Source: Octopus vulgaris
Lineage: Eukaryota
Direction: 5' to 3'
Assembly (NCBI GenBank): GCA_951406725.2
Contig: OX597833.1
Coordinates: 22,444,001 to 22,508,000 of the forward strand
DNA: 64,000 nt
Below are positions 14,262 to 26,975 of the stretch, piece by piece (position 1 is the stretch's first letter; the number at the start of each line of letters is the position of its first letter). The notes under the pieces were generated by a model. That model was not told where the DNA came from, ran no database searches, and saw only the letters and a program-made list of their open reading frames with translations. The translations under genes were made by a program, and so were the position numbers.

Positions 14262-16235
14262 GCAACCAGTGTGAAGATGTTCCATGACAGTCGTCACCAG
14301 TCAGATGTTCCATCGCAGTCACCGCCAGTCTGAAGATGTTCCATGACAGTCGCCACCAGTCTGAAGATGCTCCATCACAGTCGCCACCAGTCTGAAGATG
14401 CTCCATCACAGTCGCCACCAGTCTGAAGATGCTCCATCACAGTCGCCACAAGTCTGAAGATGCTCCATCGCAGTCGCCACCAGTTTGAAGTTGTTCCATC
14501 GTAGTCGCCACCTGTCTGAAGTTTTTCCATGACAGTCGCCACCAGTCCGAAGATGTTCCCTCGCAGTCGCCAACAGTGTGAAGATGTTCCATGACAGTCG
14601 CCACCAGTGTGAAGATGTTCCCTCGCAGTCGTCACCAGTGTGAAGATGTTCCCTCGCAGTCATCACCAGCGTGAAGATGTTCCCTCGCAGTAGTCACCAG
14701 CGTGAAGATGTTCCCTCGCAGTCGTCACCAGTGTGAAGATGTTCCCTCGCAGTCGTCACCAGTGTGAAGATGTTCCATCGCAGTCGCCACCAGTATCCAT
14801 GACAGTCACCACCAGTGTGAAGATGTTCCCTCGCAGTAGTCACCAGCGTGAAGATGCTCCCTCGCAGTAGTCACCAGCGTGAAGATGTTCCCTCGCAGTC
14901 ATCACCAGCGTGAAGATGTTCCCTCGCAGTAGTCACCAGCGTGAAGATGTTCCCTCGCAGTCGTCACCAGTGTGAAGATGTTCCCTCGCAGTCGTCACCA
15001 GTGTGAAGATGTTCCATCGCAGTCGCCACCAGTATCCATGACAGTCACCACCAGTGTGAAGATGTTCCCTCGCAGTAGTCACCAGCGTGAAGATGCTCCC
15101 TCGCAGTAGTCACCAGCGTGAAGATGTTCCCTCGCAGTAGTCACCAGCATGAAGATGTTCCCTCGCAGTCGTCACCAGTCTCCATGACAGTCGTCACCAG
15201 TGTGAAGATGTTCCCTCGCAGTCGTCACCAGCGTGAAGGTGTTCCCTCGCAGTCGTCACCAGTGTGAAGATGTACCCTCGCAGTCATCACCAGCGTGAAG
15301 ATGTTCCCTCGCAGTCGTCACCAGCGTGAAGATGTTCCCTCGCAGTCGTCACCAGCGTGAAGATGTTCCCTCGCAGTCGTCACCAGTTTGAAGATGTTCC
15401 TTGACAGTCGTCACCAGTCTGAAGATGTTCCATCGCAGTCGTCACCAGCGTGAAGATGTTCCTTCGCAGTCGTCACCAGCGTGAAGATGTTCCCTCGCAG
15501 TCGTCACCAGTGTGAAGATGTACCCTTGCAGTCGTAAACAGTGTGAAGATGTTCCTCGCAGTCGTCACCAGCGTGAAGATGTACCCTCGCAGTCGTCATC
15601 AGTGTGAAGACGTTCCATCGCAGTCGCCACCAGTCTACATGACAGTCGTCACCAGCGTGAAGATGTTCCCTCGCAGTCGTCACCAGCGTGAAGATGTACC
15701 CTCGCAGTCGTCACCAGCGTGAAGATGTACCCTCGCAGTCGTCACCAGCGTGAAGATGTACCCTCGCAGTCGTCACCAGCGTGAAGATGTACCCTCGCAG
15801 TCGTCACCAGCGTGAAGATGTACCCTCGCAGTCGTCATCAGTGTGAAGATGTTCCATCGCAGTCGCCACCAGTCTACATGACAGTCGTCACCAGTGTGAA
15901 GATGTTCGATGAGTCGTCACCAGCATGAAGATGTTCCCTCGCAGTCGTCACCAGCGTGAAGATGTACCCTCGCAGTCGTCACCAGCGTGAAGATGTACCC
16001 TCACAGTCGTCACCAGTGTGAAGATGTTCCATCGCAGTCGCCACCAGTGTGAAGATGTTCCATCGCAGTCGCCACCAGTGTGAAGATGTTCCATGACAGT
16101 CGTCACCAGCGTGAAGATGTTCCCTTGCAGTCGTCACCAGTGTGAAGATGTTCCCTCGCACCCGTCACCAGTGTGAAGATGTTCCATCACAGTAGCCACC
16201 AATTTGAAGTTCCACCACAATTGCCACCAGTCTGA
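14262..16235. repeat. 31-bp minisatellite (AGTCGTCACCAGYGTGAAGATGTWCCCTCGC)n, ~60 copies
   Basis: 31-nt periodicity read directly (e.g. 15661-15840), with occasional ~20-nt truncated units. Related to the motif underlying the upstream array. Unit length is not a multiple of 3. Confidence 0.95.
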
Positions 16236-18097
16236 CTCATTAGGCAGTACCAGCTTCCATTGTATATCCAGTTATCCTCAAGGGGTTTCCACCACATTAT
16301 CATACTGTGAATTCATTTCCCCACTCACAGCCAACAATCAATGTCACTACATAATGCAGTAGAGAAACAGCTGACTAGATGCACAAGTTTCTACACCATC
16401 ATGGGACATCTGGAAGAAACAAGAAAAACAGAAAGAAAAAACTCACCTTTTTTCCAAACCAGGAATGTTCAAGAGCCTCCAGTCACTTTAGATACTTCAG
16501 GGCAGATCCATTACATTGGAAAGAAATTAGACATATCCCATAAGAACTGTTAGTCTTCAGTGGATGCTGTCATTTTTCACCAGCCTCTTAACATTCCACC
16601 TGTCACTAGTTTTCATTATTTGTCCCCCAGTTCTCATAGATCCCACTCTCATATTCACAATCAGTAGATGCAGTTTCATCTCCTCCCCTGATGTATACAT
16701 TGACAATCATCGTTTCTGAACCATACAGTAAATACCTGGTGCCAAACAAATTCCCACACCACAAAATATCTAAAAGAAAACCTGAGGAAAAAAGTAGCTA
16801 TTCTTTCTATGTGATAAATCAGCAAATACAAGCCGAGTCAAATGCTTGAAGCAACTTCATGTACAATTCATTTTGTGATGTGTAAATACTGTTAACATTA
16901 CCAACTGATTTTCAAGAGAGTCAAACAAGAACCTGTAAAGGAAACTTGAGCCATAACTGGAGATACCTTCAGGGCAGTCCATCATATAATTGGTATTAAA
17001 CGTCAGTCAGACCTTTATCAGCTACCATTAGATGCTCTATTAGTTTTCACCAGTCTTATTCTTGTATCTGTGAGTGATCAGCAAGAAACCTGAAAATGAA
17101 CCAAAATAAACCTCCACTTTCCACCTCTTGTCACCATTAATCAGTCACAACTTATCTCAGGGCAGGTGCATCATAATGCAGATATTGATACACCCAGTCC
17201 TTTATTTGGCAAGTTATGCTATAATTTTTGTAATAGGTATTCATTAACAGAGAAGTTCCTATCCACCAATGTAGTTTCCTTAGATAATCTAAAGTTTAAA
17301 AAAAATGTAGTTCATGATTCAATCACATGGCTTACAAAAAACTCGTTTTAAATTGTGAAAATGAATTTGCCACTCCATATACCTGAAAATGAAAGATTAC
17401 ACCTCCACCTGTTGCTTGAAGGTATTAGTTGATCACACCTAATAGTAATCGTTAGATTAGGAAGCTACAAGTGAAGCATAGTAGTGATACCAACCATTAA
17501 TCACAGATTTTAAATGTTAATTTCACGTGTATTAATCATAGCCATCTATCATCAGGCTTTTAAAGATTCTTTTGTACATCTTGAGCTGTCAATTTCTCTT
17601 AGAATATGCTCCAGTTTTCTCTAATGTGGTGACATTGTTTTACAAAGATATAACAAAACCCAATTATGCAAATTTCTGTATAGATGTTACTGCGAAACAG
17701 GAAAAGGTAAACTTTCTTTTTGGTCTATCGTGTCAGCCAACTGTAGTGAATCATGAAAATTCAACTGAATTTCAGTTAACACCATGTTAGATCTGCTGTG
17801 TCATGTATAGATGTGTTTATGTACCTGAAAATAAAAGAACCATATTCCACATGTTCATATACCGAGTTGATCTTATACTTATATCAAACCCTCTAATTCA
17901 CAAGTCTCCACTTAATACAAAATTCCAACGATGCCACCCATTGGACAATGTATTTGAAATTGCAAAAGCCATGCTTCTGATTATAAAGATATTGCACTGC
18001 ACAAAACCATAAAAAAAAATTTTTTTAATTCTGTAGGAGTTCGTTTGTCTACTATAGATTGTTTACATTTTTTTCCAATGTAGTTATGATCATAAAT

Positions 18098-18504
18098 GAT
18101 GCATTTTCTGTTATTGTCAATAACTGTTAGAGATGACTTGATCTTGTAAATATATATATATAAAAAATTTTCTTTTTACCTTGCATTCATATCCTTTGAT
18201 ACATTTGCTCCTAACCTGCTGCAAACTATCAATGATGCATTTTCTGTTATTGTCAGTAACTGTTAGAGATGACTTGATCTTGTAAATATATATATAAAAA
18301 ATTTTCTTTTTACCTTGCATTCATATCCTTTGATACATTTGCTCCTAACCTGCTGCAAACTATCAATGATGCATTTTCTGTTATTGTCAATAACTGTTAG
18401 AGATGACTTGATCTTGTAAATATATATATAAAAAATTTTCTTTTTACCTTGTATTCATATCCTTTGATACATTTGCTCCTAACCTGCTGCAAACTATCAA
18501 TGAT
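18098..18504. repeat. ~135-bp tandem repeat x3
   Basis: TGATGCATTTTCTGTTATTGTCA...GCTGCAAACTATCAA starts at ~18098, ~18233 and ~18367. Confidence 0.92.
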
Positions 18505-20448
18505 GTATGTATATTCATTATTAGTGTTGTCATCACCTTTTAAAAGAAAATACCAAATACCTGCAAGTGAAGGAAAAGTCTGGTGCTGCAACTTGTCAGT
18601 GCAACATTGCAATTTCTTTCCTATTTTCTCCTTTACAACAATGAATGCCAAGTGCTCTCACATACCTGAAGACATTTTGTTCTTCCCTTCCCAAATCACA
18701 ATGAGTGGGAGACTGCTTTCTCTGCATTCTAACAGAGATGCTTGCACAAATATTACCTCATCCTATCCAAATATTTTAAGGGCTGATGAAAATTGCCGTC
18801 AATTACAGAATAGTAATTTCATCAATAATAACAGTATCTGCAAATGGAAAAAAATATGCTGGGTGGAAACCACCTAGCAACAATATAGAACTTTTCACCC
18901 CCTCCCTACGAACAAATTTGTCAAAGAATTTAAAATTATCTTCCATATTACTTGTAATTATAATTTAAATAGGCAATGGAACCTCTAAATTCAAGTTCTA
19001 TTGATTAAACAAACTGAATCTCCACTAGCATCATTTGTCTTAACACTACATTTACATTTGGAAACAAAATTTAACACTTTTGTTTTTAGTTATGATTAAA
19101 ACCAAAATTAATTTTGCAGCCATGCAATGCTGTGATAAATTTATCTTATTACATTTTCATCCTATTTTCTTTTGTAAATTTAGTCATTGCAATACAATGA
19201 AAAATCTGAAACAAAATAAAAAAAGCAATCTCTCCAACCCGTGAATTAACCTATCATACCTGAAGAATTTGTAGGAGTGTTTCAAGATAATATATAGTAC
19301 ATCATACTGTAGAACTTTCTTCTGTCATCCATTTCAAAATTCTATCAGTATTGCAGCAATAACAACTCATTTCAAATGGGACTTCATTCTGGAGAACATT
19401 GCAGGATGAGAATATTTGCCTTCCAAGTTTTATCAAATTGACATTTACTCTGTTGGGTTCACTATTTAAAAATGTGATGTTTCATAAGAACCTATTTGTT
19501 TCCTATTCATGTAACCATGAAGCTCAAGATTTCACCCTAATTTTTCAGCACATTTGTATATTCCAAAGCATTAGTGTTGTATGTCATCCAGAGCTGTTTT
19601 GTTGTATGCAGTTAAAATAGCTTGTCACTTTTTCAGTTTAGTATCTTATGTGGGATTGTCTTTTTGTGAATGTAAATTCATGTTTGCCTTGTCTATTTCC
19701 AGTTCCAGATTTGGTTATGATGCTCAATAAATTACAACTTATTTCATTTAGAAAATGTGAAACTTGTTAAAATTTACAGAAACCCTTTTCTTCGAATATT
19801 CAAAAGCCATGTTTCATGAAGCACTCATCCAACACAACATTCCTGCCACTGCAGTTGTCCCAAGTGTCTTGGACAAGTATGCAAATTGCCTTGTAAGCTT
19901 CAAATATTGGACAGCAGACCTAAAAAGGAAAAGATCTTTTGTTGTTCAACTATTTTGTTAAACTTCAAAACAATACTAAAATATATCCAAAAAATACCAT
20001 AGTTATCTTAGCCACTTCATTGACAACCTAACCAGATAGCTCTATACACAAACTTTGGATTGGATATAATAGTATGCCTGCATTCAACATATTTTAGTAT
20101 ACACATTTTAATACTTTAATGCAATAGATATGTTGCATGATATACCATCTAAAAATACTTCAGCCCATCATGCATTGCCTATGTGTCAGTTTTAATTCTA
20201 TAAAACGCTTCAATACTACACAAGATAAACAGAATATTCATGTAGCAGCTATTGATGTATTACTGACTGGCAAACAAGATCATAAATGAACTGATATGTC
20301 TACTTTAAGCCTATCAACCATTTACATAGGTGTGAAATTCAAATTTCATTTCGTTAAGTCGAACGGAAAACTGCACTTGTGAAAAAAATCTATTCATCTA
20401 ACTGGTTCAAGACTAAATCAAGTTATCTCCCCTTAAATCTGCAACAAA

Positions 20449-20845
20449 GTTTTTGAGAAAAGCTTATATTTAGAAGTTATTTCACGTTAAAGTTGTAGTA
20501 TTTCGGTAATTTCAACCAAGCAATGACGTGTATTCAGCTGAATAAATTATTGCTGTTGTCAACAAGAACTCCTGGCGGTGTATACTTCGTTTGTCACTTA
20601 TTTTTGACAACCCTAACCCCTTACAGCTAAAACCAGTACAAACGCACGAACGATGTCATCATTTATTGGTTGAAATTACCGAAATACAACTTTAACGTGA
20701 AATAACTTCCTAAATATAAGCTTTTCTCAAAAACGCTAAGAGCAAAAGATATTTTACGACACATTCTGCCAGTGTCCGAAGTTTGAAAGTGTTCAGTTAC
20801 AAAAAATTATTTTTTAAATCTGTCAGTCAAAAAAGGTAAAGATCT
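20449..20845. mobile_element. MITE-like non-autonomous DNA transposon with internal inverted repeat (same family as 36629-37046)
   Basis: Inverted arms 20449-20519 and 20666-20734. The right end ACACATTCTGCCAGTGTCCGAAGTTTG...AAAGATC resembles 36961-37045. Confidence 0.7.
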
Positions 20846-21363
20846 CAAAACGCTACTTGTTTGCAAGTACCACAGATCAATCATAGGGCCTATCATGTGA
20901 TTTCAATAAGAGTGGAAAGTTGGGGTAAAATAGTGAAAAGAACATTCCACTCCTTTTAAGCAACTTGTATTGTCTACTTCTGCCCACTCCCTTGTAAATA
21001 TGTGCTTGTATATTATGATATAACTAGTTTTATATTGAAAATTACAAGATCCAATCCAAAGTTAAAACTGTGCATTAATTTTCTGGCAGCATCTAAAAAC
21101 TTAATATTATCTAATCAGACATTTATCTTAGAAAACGCTGCACCACCTTGATGGTTTAGGTGGTCTATACTTTGTCCAAGAGATGGTACCATTATATATA
21201 ACAGCTTGTAGTAACATAGAATAGTTTCCCCATTACGAGAAAACCAAGAAACAAGATTAACGTTACATATATTAGAAACAGACAAGCGTTTGGAATGAAG
21301 CACATTTTAAGGCCTAAACTTGCATTTTCGACAATCTTTTACATGTTTACGTGTAAGGATAGC

Positions 21364-21915
21364 GTGTGGAAAACGAATATGAAAAAAAATGAGCTGACGA
21401 TTTCTGGGGTGGGGAGGAGACTTTCGGAAAATTCACAAGATCCTATTTTTCCGTCATAAATTAAATTGGGGTAAAATGGATATAGATTTTTACGGAATCC
21501 CACGTTTTTGGCTATGGAGGATTCGATTCTGAAAATTTTTTTTTCAAAATTTCTTTACGTCATCGCAGCTTTGTGAGATTTGGCCGTTATTTCTAGCATG
21601 TGGATAGCCTGCTTAAAGGCCTGAGGGTATATGTATTATTGTTGAAAAATTGAAGTTTTACAAATTTTTTTCAGAATCGTAATCTTCGCATTTCTCTACC
21701 TATTTCGGTCACCCACAAAATCCGGAAAAAGCTACTTTTGAAAAATTTCCAGGATCGAATCCTCCATAACCAAGAGCGTCGGATTCCGTAAAAAAATATC
21801 CATTTTCTCAAAAGTTATAACGGAAAAATCAGATCTTGTGAATGTTCCGAAAGTCCCCTTCCCACCCCGCCAGGATCGTCAGCGAACATTTTCATCATAT
21901 TCGTTTTCCATACAC
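21364..21915. mobile_element. MITE-like element with ~190-bp imperfect terminal inverted repeats
   Basis: GTGTGGAAAACGAATATGA...TTTTACGGAATCC (21364-21550) is the reverse complement of GGATTCCGTAAAA...TCATATTCGTTTTCCATACAC (21735-21915). Confidence 0.8.
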
Positions 21916-23792
21916 CGGGGAATGTAAAAAAAAAAATATCCTAAAAAAACAACCAAATTGTACGGTGTGCTTCGCCAGCATCACACTAGATAAATCTCTA
22001 CACGATATTAACCAAGACAAAACAAAGAGAAAACCTATCAAATTATGTGGAATCCCAAAATATAAGCACTTCCTGACCTTGTTTCCTTACTTTCAGAAAT
22101 AACGAAGTTATCTAATGAAATTCCAACTTTCAGGTAATGTACATCGCGATTATAACGCAATTTAATGTGAGAAAGAGTTGCGCGCTCACCATCTAGATAA
22201 TGAAGCTCGAAATTATACCCACATTAAATTCCGATACCATCGTAATTTACATCTGAATGTTACTTCATGGAAATTTTCATTACAAAACACCCAATTTTCA
22301 TGAAGTTGAGGAAACAAAATCTAAGAGTACATTATAAAAACCGCCAACTTATCCTTAATAAAATCATTTTACAGTGACAAAGCATAGTAGGAAGTTACTT
22401 CAAAAATACAAGCTCATCTCTGTATTTGTTCACATCACAAAACTCCCACATCTGAAATCAATGATATATTAACTCAAGGTGTAAAACCTCTTTAAACAAA
22501 GAGAAATTATCTATGAACTACAAAACTAAAACAAGTAGAGACTGCAACTCATGTGGTGACAAAACTTACCTTAACCAAAAATCATGGCCCAGGCAATTAT
22601 CATCGTTATGTGTAGCTTGGTTGAACAAGATTTAACAGCTCCCCAATATCTGATGACTTTTTGTCTACCCTGTCACAGAATAGCCTTCCTATAATTCTTC
22701 TAGTTATTTTTTTGCCAAAGAAGCTGACTTCGTCTTGCCAGCAACTCAGCCCCATTTTCATCCAGGTAACATAGTGTTGGGGGGAAAAAAAGACACATAT
22801 TGGTACAAATTCCAATACTTTTATCAACAAACAATATTTACAATATCAATAGCCTGAAGCTAATATAAGACTTATCAAAGATAGAAGCGTTACATCTTAA
22901 AATACAATTTCGGGCACAATCACTCATTCACAATAATACACCTTGTTTTAATTTTAAGAATATTACATGACTCAATTGCAGAATAAACGAATAAAAGTAA
23001 CAAGCTTTCATCGAAATATATCAATGCTAATTATATAACTATTTCAAGTTAAAATATAAGCATTCTAAATACCAAGTGTTTCGAGAAATGAACGCAAAAT
23101 GAATTCAATCCTCGCATACAAGCAAAATAATATTTGCTACCAAAGGTTAAAATTTTAAATTATGGGCGGTCCACGTCCAATGACATTTGTAATTTTTTTT
23201 TTTTTTGTTTCAATGTGGTCATATACTGAACTAAGAACTCTTTCCACATAATTCAGAATAATTCATTTTCATTTATGAAGTAGTCAAGATAAGCGCGTAA
23301 CGAATATCACTATTCCAATTCTGACCTTGGAATTGAAATGTCAAAATATCGATATTAAACACGAGCTATAAATAGCTTGACAAAGTGTAATCAATATTTG
23401 TTTCCCCTTGACAGGAAATTACTAAAATTTGCATGGAGAAAAATATCCAAATAGAAATAGCCAGCTAAAACAAGTGGCTTCTTAAGCGTGGAAAACAACA
23501 AATTCCATCTAAAACTATATTCAGATTAATTTTACAAAAAAGATAATTTCTGAATTGCTATATAATCACGCTTACTCGAGTATTCTGCAAAGCCAACCAA
23601 AGCAGCATCATACAGTGATATTTCCCATCCAAACTGGCATACACAAACCAAGTGCCTTGAATTAGTTTACTTTAAAGCTAACGTCGCTTTCGATTCCCTT
23701 AAAGTAACCGTACTATCGATCGAACATATTCACATTGCATCACAATCCAGTGTTGCCATACCGCGACCATAAAATAGGGCGAAGTTTCGGTT

Positions 23793-24218
23793 GTCGTAGC
23801 ACACGTTTCCGTCGATTTCCGTAAAAAACTTTTATTTTTTTACATAGGGCTTGCGGGAACTTTTGAAGTAATGAGAGCGAAAGAGACTAAGAGAAAGCGA
23901 TTGTATGACGAGGGAAGTTCTTTTGAAGTTACCGTGCATGGCAAGCATTGATGTACATGTGTGTGTGTGTTTGATGGAGTGTGGGAGACAGACAGTATGT
24001 TGTGTAAGTGAAGTGCTTCTGTTAGTGTGCGAAGAGACAGAGAGAGTAATGTGTGAAAGAGAGAGATAACTGAAATTTTTTACTCGGTGTATGTGTATAT
24101 GTATGTGTGCGTGTGTATGTATGTATGTATGTATGTGTGTGTGTGTAAGTATGTGTGTGTGTATGTATGGCCGATTCAGTGTAATTTTTTACTCGGTGTA
24201 TGTGTATATCTGCATGTA

Positions 24219-24250
<32 letters not shown>

Positions 24251-24674
24251 GCCGATTCAGTGTAATTTTTTACTCGGTGTATGTGTATATGTATGTGTGC
24301 GTGTGTATGTATGTATGTGTGTGTGTGTAAGTATGTGTGTGTGTGTGTATGTATGGCCGATTCAGTGTAATTTTTTACTCGGTGTATGTGTATATCTGCA
24401 TGTATGTGTGTGTGTGTATGTATGTATGGCCGATTCAGTGTAATTTTTTACTCGGTGTATGTGTATATGTATGTGTGCGTGTGTATGTATGTATGTGTGT
24501 GTGTGTAAGTATGTGTGTGTATGTATGGCCGATTCAGTGTAATTTTTTACTCGGTGTATGTGTATATCTGCATGTATGTGTGTATGTATCTATGTATGTG
24601 TGTGTGTGTATGTATGTATGGCCGATTCAGTGTTTACATTTTTTACGGAAATCGACGGAAACGTGTGCTACGAC
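23793..24674. mobile_element. MITE-like element with perfect 36-bp TIRs and an internal minisatellite/(TG,TATG)n expansion
   Basis: GTCGTAGCACACGTTTCCGTCGATTTCCGTAAAAAA at 23793-23828 and its reverse complement at 24639-24674. The internal unit GGCCGATTCAGTGTAATTTTTTACTCGGTG recurs about 5-6 times. Confidence 0.85.
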
Positions 24675-26699
24675 AAACGAAACATCGCCCAATACAGATG
24701 TCAATATCAATCATTCACTCCAACACGAATCACCATCAGCATCTCATACATTCAAGTGACAACATTCACTTCGTGTCCACACACACCGTTTAGCAAAAGT
24801 AAAACACTAGGGTTTACCTGAACCGTTGTATAGATATCCTTTGTTGTATCTGTATGTACACAATATGATGGGGAGACATGAGCCTGGACAAGACAAAGGG
24901 TTTGGGTCCAAAGTAGCCAACTGGCGGCAACCCGTGGACCGGAAGAAATGACAGACCTTGCTGTAGTCTCAATAACAGGATTCTCAAGGTGAACACTGTA
25001 GCCATAAAATACAAACAAATTGCGTGGACGAGAAAATGCTATAACACAAGCAAGCATGTTTATAACAACTAATTGTTAGAGAAAATTCTTATCGTTTACC
25101 TCTTGAATTCAAACAGTATTCCGAAAACTATTCCCAAGAATACAGGTCTGGCACATGAAATAGACCTAAAATCTCCGTAAATGCGGCCAAGCAAACACCT
25201 AAAGACGATCATCTTTGAGAGAAGAGCAAATCTACATCTCAAATCAAATTTAATCTTCACAACGAAATGTCATTGCATTAGCATACAGGAAAATGCTTCG
25301 CATACTACGACAAATGAAGTTTATTAGTGAATTTCGTCACAATATTTAACAAATTCATGTAAAACAGGATTCTAAATTCACGTCAATTTAGCTTAAGAAT
25401 GTTTCCGTTATCTTTACGTATGACGTATTTTGTTCTCTAAAATTTTTAATTAGAAAAAAAAAAAATTCCGTCATAATTCTCATATCGTCTGATCTACATC
25501 AGAACTATCTTAATTAAAAACCATCGTTTTACAATTATATTAACTTGAGATTTTTTTTTAAATGTCAATTTGAAAAAAAAATTAGTCTACAAAATAAGGT
25601 CACGAACTAAATACAATAGACGTAGAAAGAAATCAAAATGGCGTCTCAAGGACACTCGACCTTTACTCAACACAACTTACAATTTTACCCACACACGTCA
25701 CTCATCACTCACAGTAAGCAGGTTATTTCTTCTAGTAGCAGGTTCCGTCACAAAATGGTTTATTTCAATTTTATACGGCCAGCTTTCTCCTACTGAGGTA
25801 TATGGCTATAGAAAAAAGAAAACCACGAACAAAGAGAATTGCGCCGCAACAAATTTCGCTATTATTTCAATAAAATTAAATTATTGTAAGCATTTACACT
25901 GTAACCAATGTAATATATGTAGTTTCTTTTAAATTATTGTATTTTTGATTGTTTTTTCGCTTATAAAGAATTTTTATTACATTTGGAGCTGAAAATGTAT
26001 AGAAGAATGTAAAGAGAAACCTTACAAAACGCGATTGTTTGATGTAGATGCCCGTGTACTTTTTCCAAGCTGCCAGGGTGGATGCGGAATATATTAAAAG
26101 TTTAACCATGATTACCCATAAAATGTAGGAATATACGCAGGAATTTAAGCAGAAATGGTATGAGTACTTGGGAACCAGGATAGATCAGTGAACCTTTGAT
26201 TCTCACTATGTTGACAAGCCAGATTGTCGAAGTATTTCACTTCTAATAATGTTAACTGCAGAAGAAAAAGTCAAGTAAAATATTAAAAAGAATAATAGAC
26301 ATATGTATAACACAAAATACAAATTTTATTTTCTGATATTTTACAAAACGTTGCACAAATAATTAAATTTCGAAAAATAAGGGAAAAAGTTTTACGACAA
26401 ATTGACAAGAACTTGCTGAGGCGACCAGGTACTGCAACTGCTGGAAAATAGTACACAAGTAGTATTTATACTAATAGGTCTAATCACATTTTTTGGTATT
26501 AATACGCACCCAAAGTAAAATATAGTTCCTTTCACATTTTGTTTTTATTTTCAAATACAATTAAACCTAATGGATATTTTCCTCGTCCATCAAATAAAAA
26601 TTATATATTAAATATATTAGAAAAAATATATCAAAATTTAAAACTTATAATACGATATACATAAATAGTATCATCGCGGAGGAATTCGTTAATGTCTGT

Positions 26700-26975
26700 T
26701 CTGTGACTCACACCCACGTCTTGATCACGTGTTGTTTACTTCATAGTATTTGCCACGTCACTTCATGGCCTAAAAAGAAGCTAAAGCCCCCCCCCCCCCC
26801 CTCCGCCATTTTACATGTATCAAATATTAAAATAAATATTTACAAAAATCTAAAATGTAGAATAATTACTAAAGTAAACTCCGATTGTTATTGTTTTAAT
26901 AAAATATATATTTTCTGCATTGAAAATTATTTAACAATCATGTTTAAAAATAAAAATAAATGGCGTCCCGGAAAA
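26700..26975. promoter_or_regulatory. Putative bidirectional Pol II promoter
   Basis: YY1-type CCGCCATTTT at 26803-26812 faces away from AAATGGCG at 26958-26965, which is followed by ETS-like CCGGAA. TGACTCA, CACGTG and CACGTCA motifs lie within 26700-26760. Another CAAAATGGCG is at 25634. CpG is locally retained. Confidence 0.45.

Larger units (their letters stand above)
1..25100 (-). ncRNA. Putative long spliced non-coding transcription unit running off the window start
   Basis: Splice-like signals lie consistently on the minus strand: donors at ~25097, ~24817, ~22569 and ~19259, acceptors at ~19920, ~19206 and ~16933, plus many GT..AG cassettes in 1-17.4 kb. The minus strand is G/T-rich and has no long ORF. 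No transcript evidence is available. Confidence 0.35.

Noticed and set aside
14262-16235. CRISPR-like or coding interpretation of the 31-bp array
   Set aside because: No unique spacers, no cas genes and a eukaryotic context; the 31-nt period brings TGA into frame regularly.
24087-24821. Cys/Val/Tyr-rich ORFs here and at 58566, 61167 and 61221
   Set aside because: Translations of TG/TA microsatellites.
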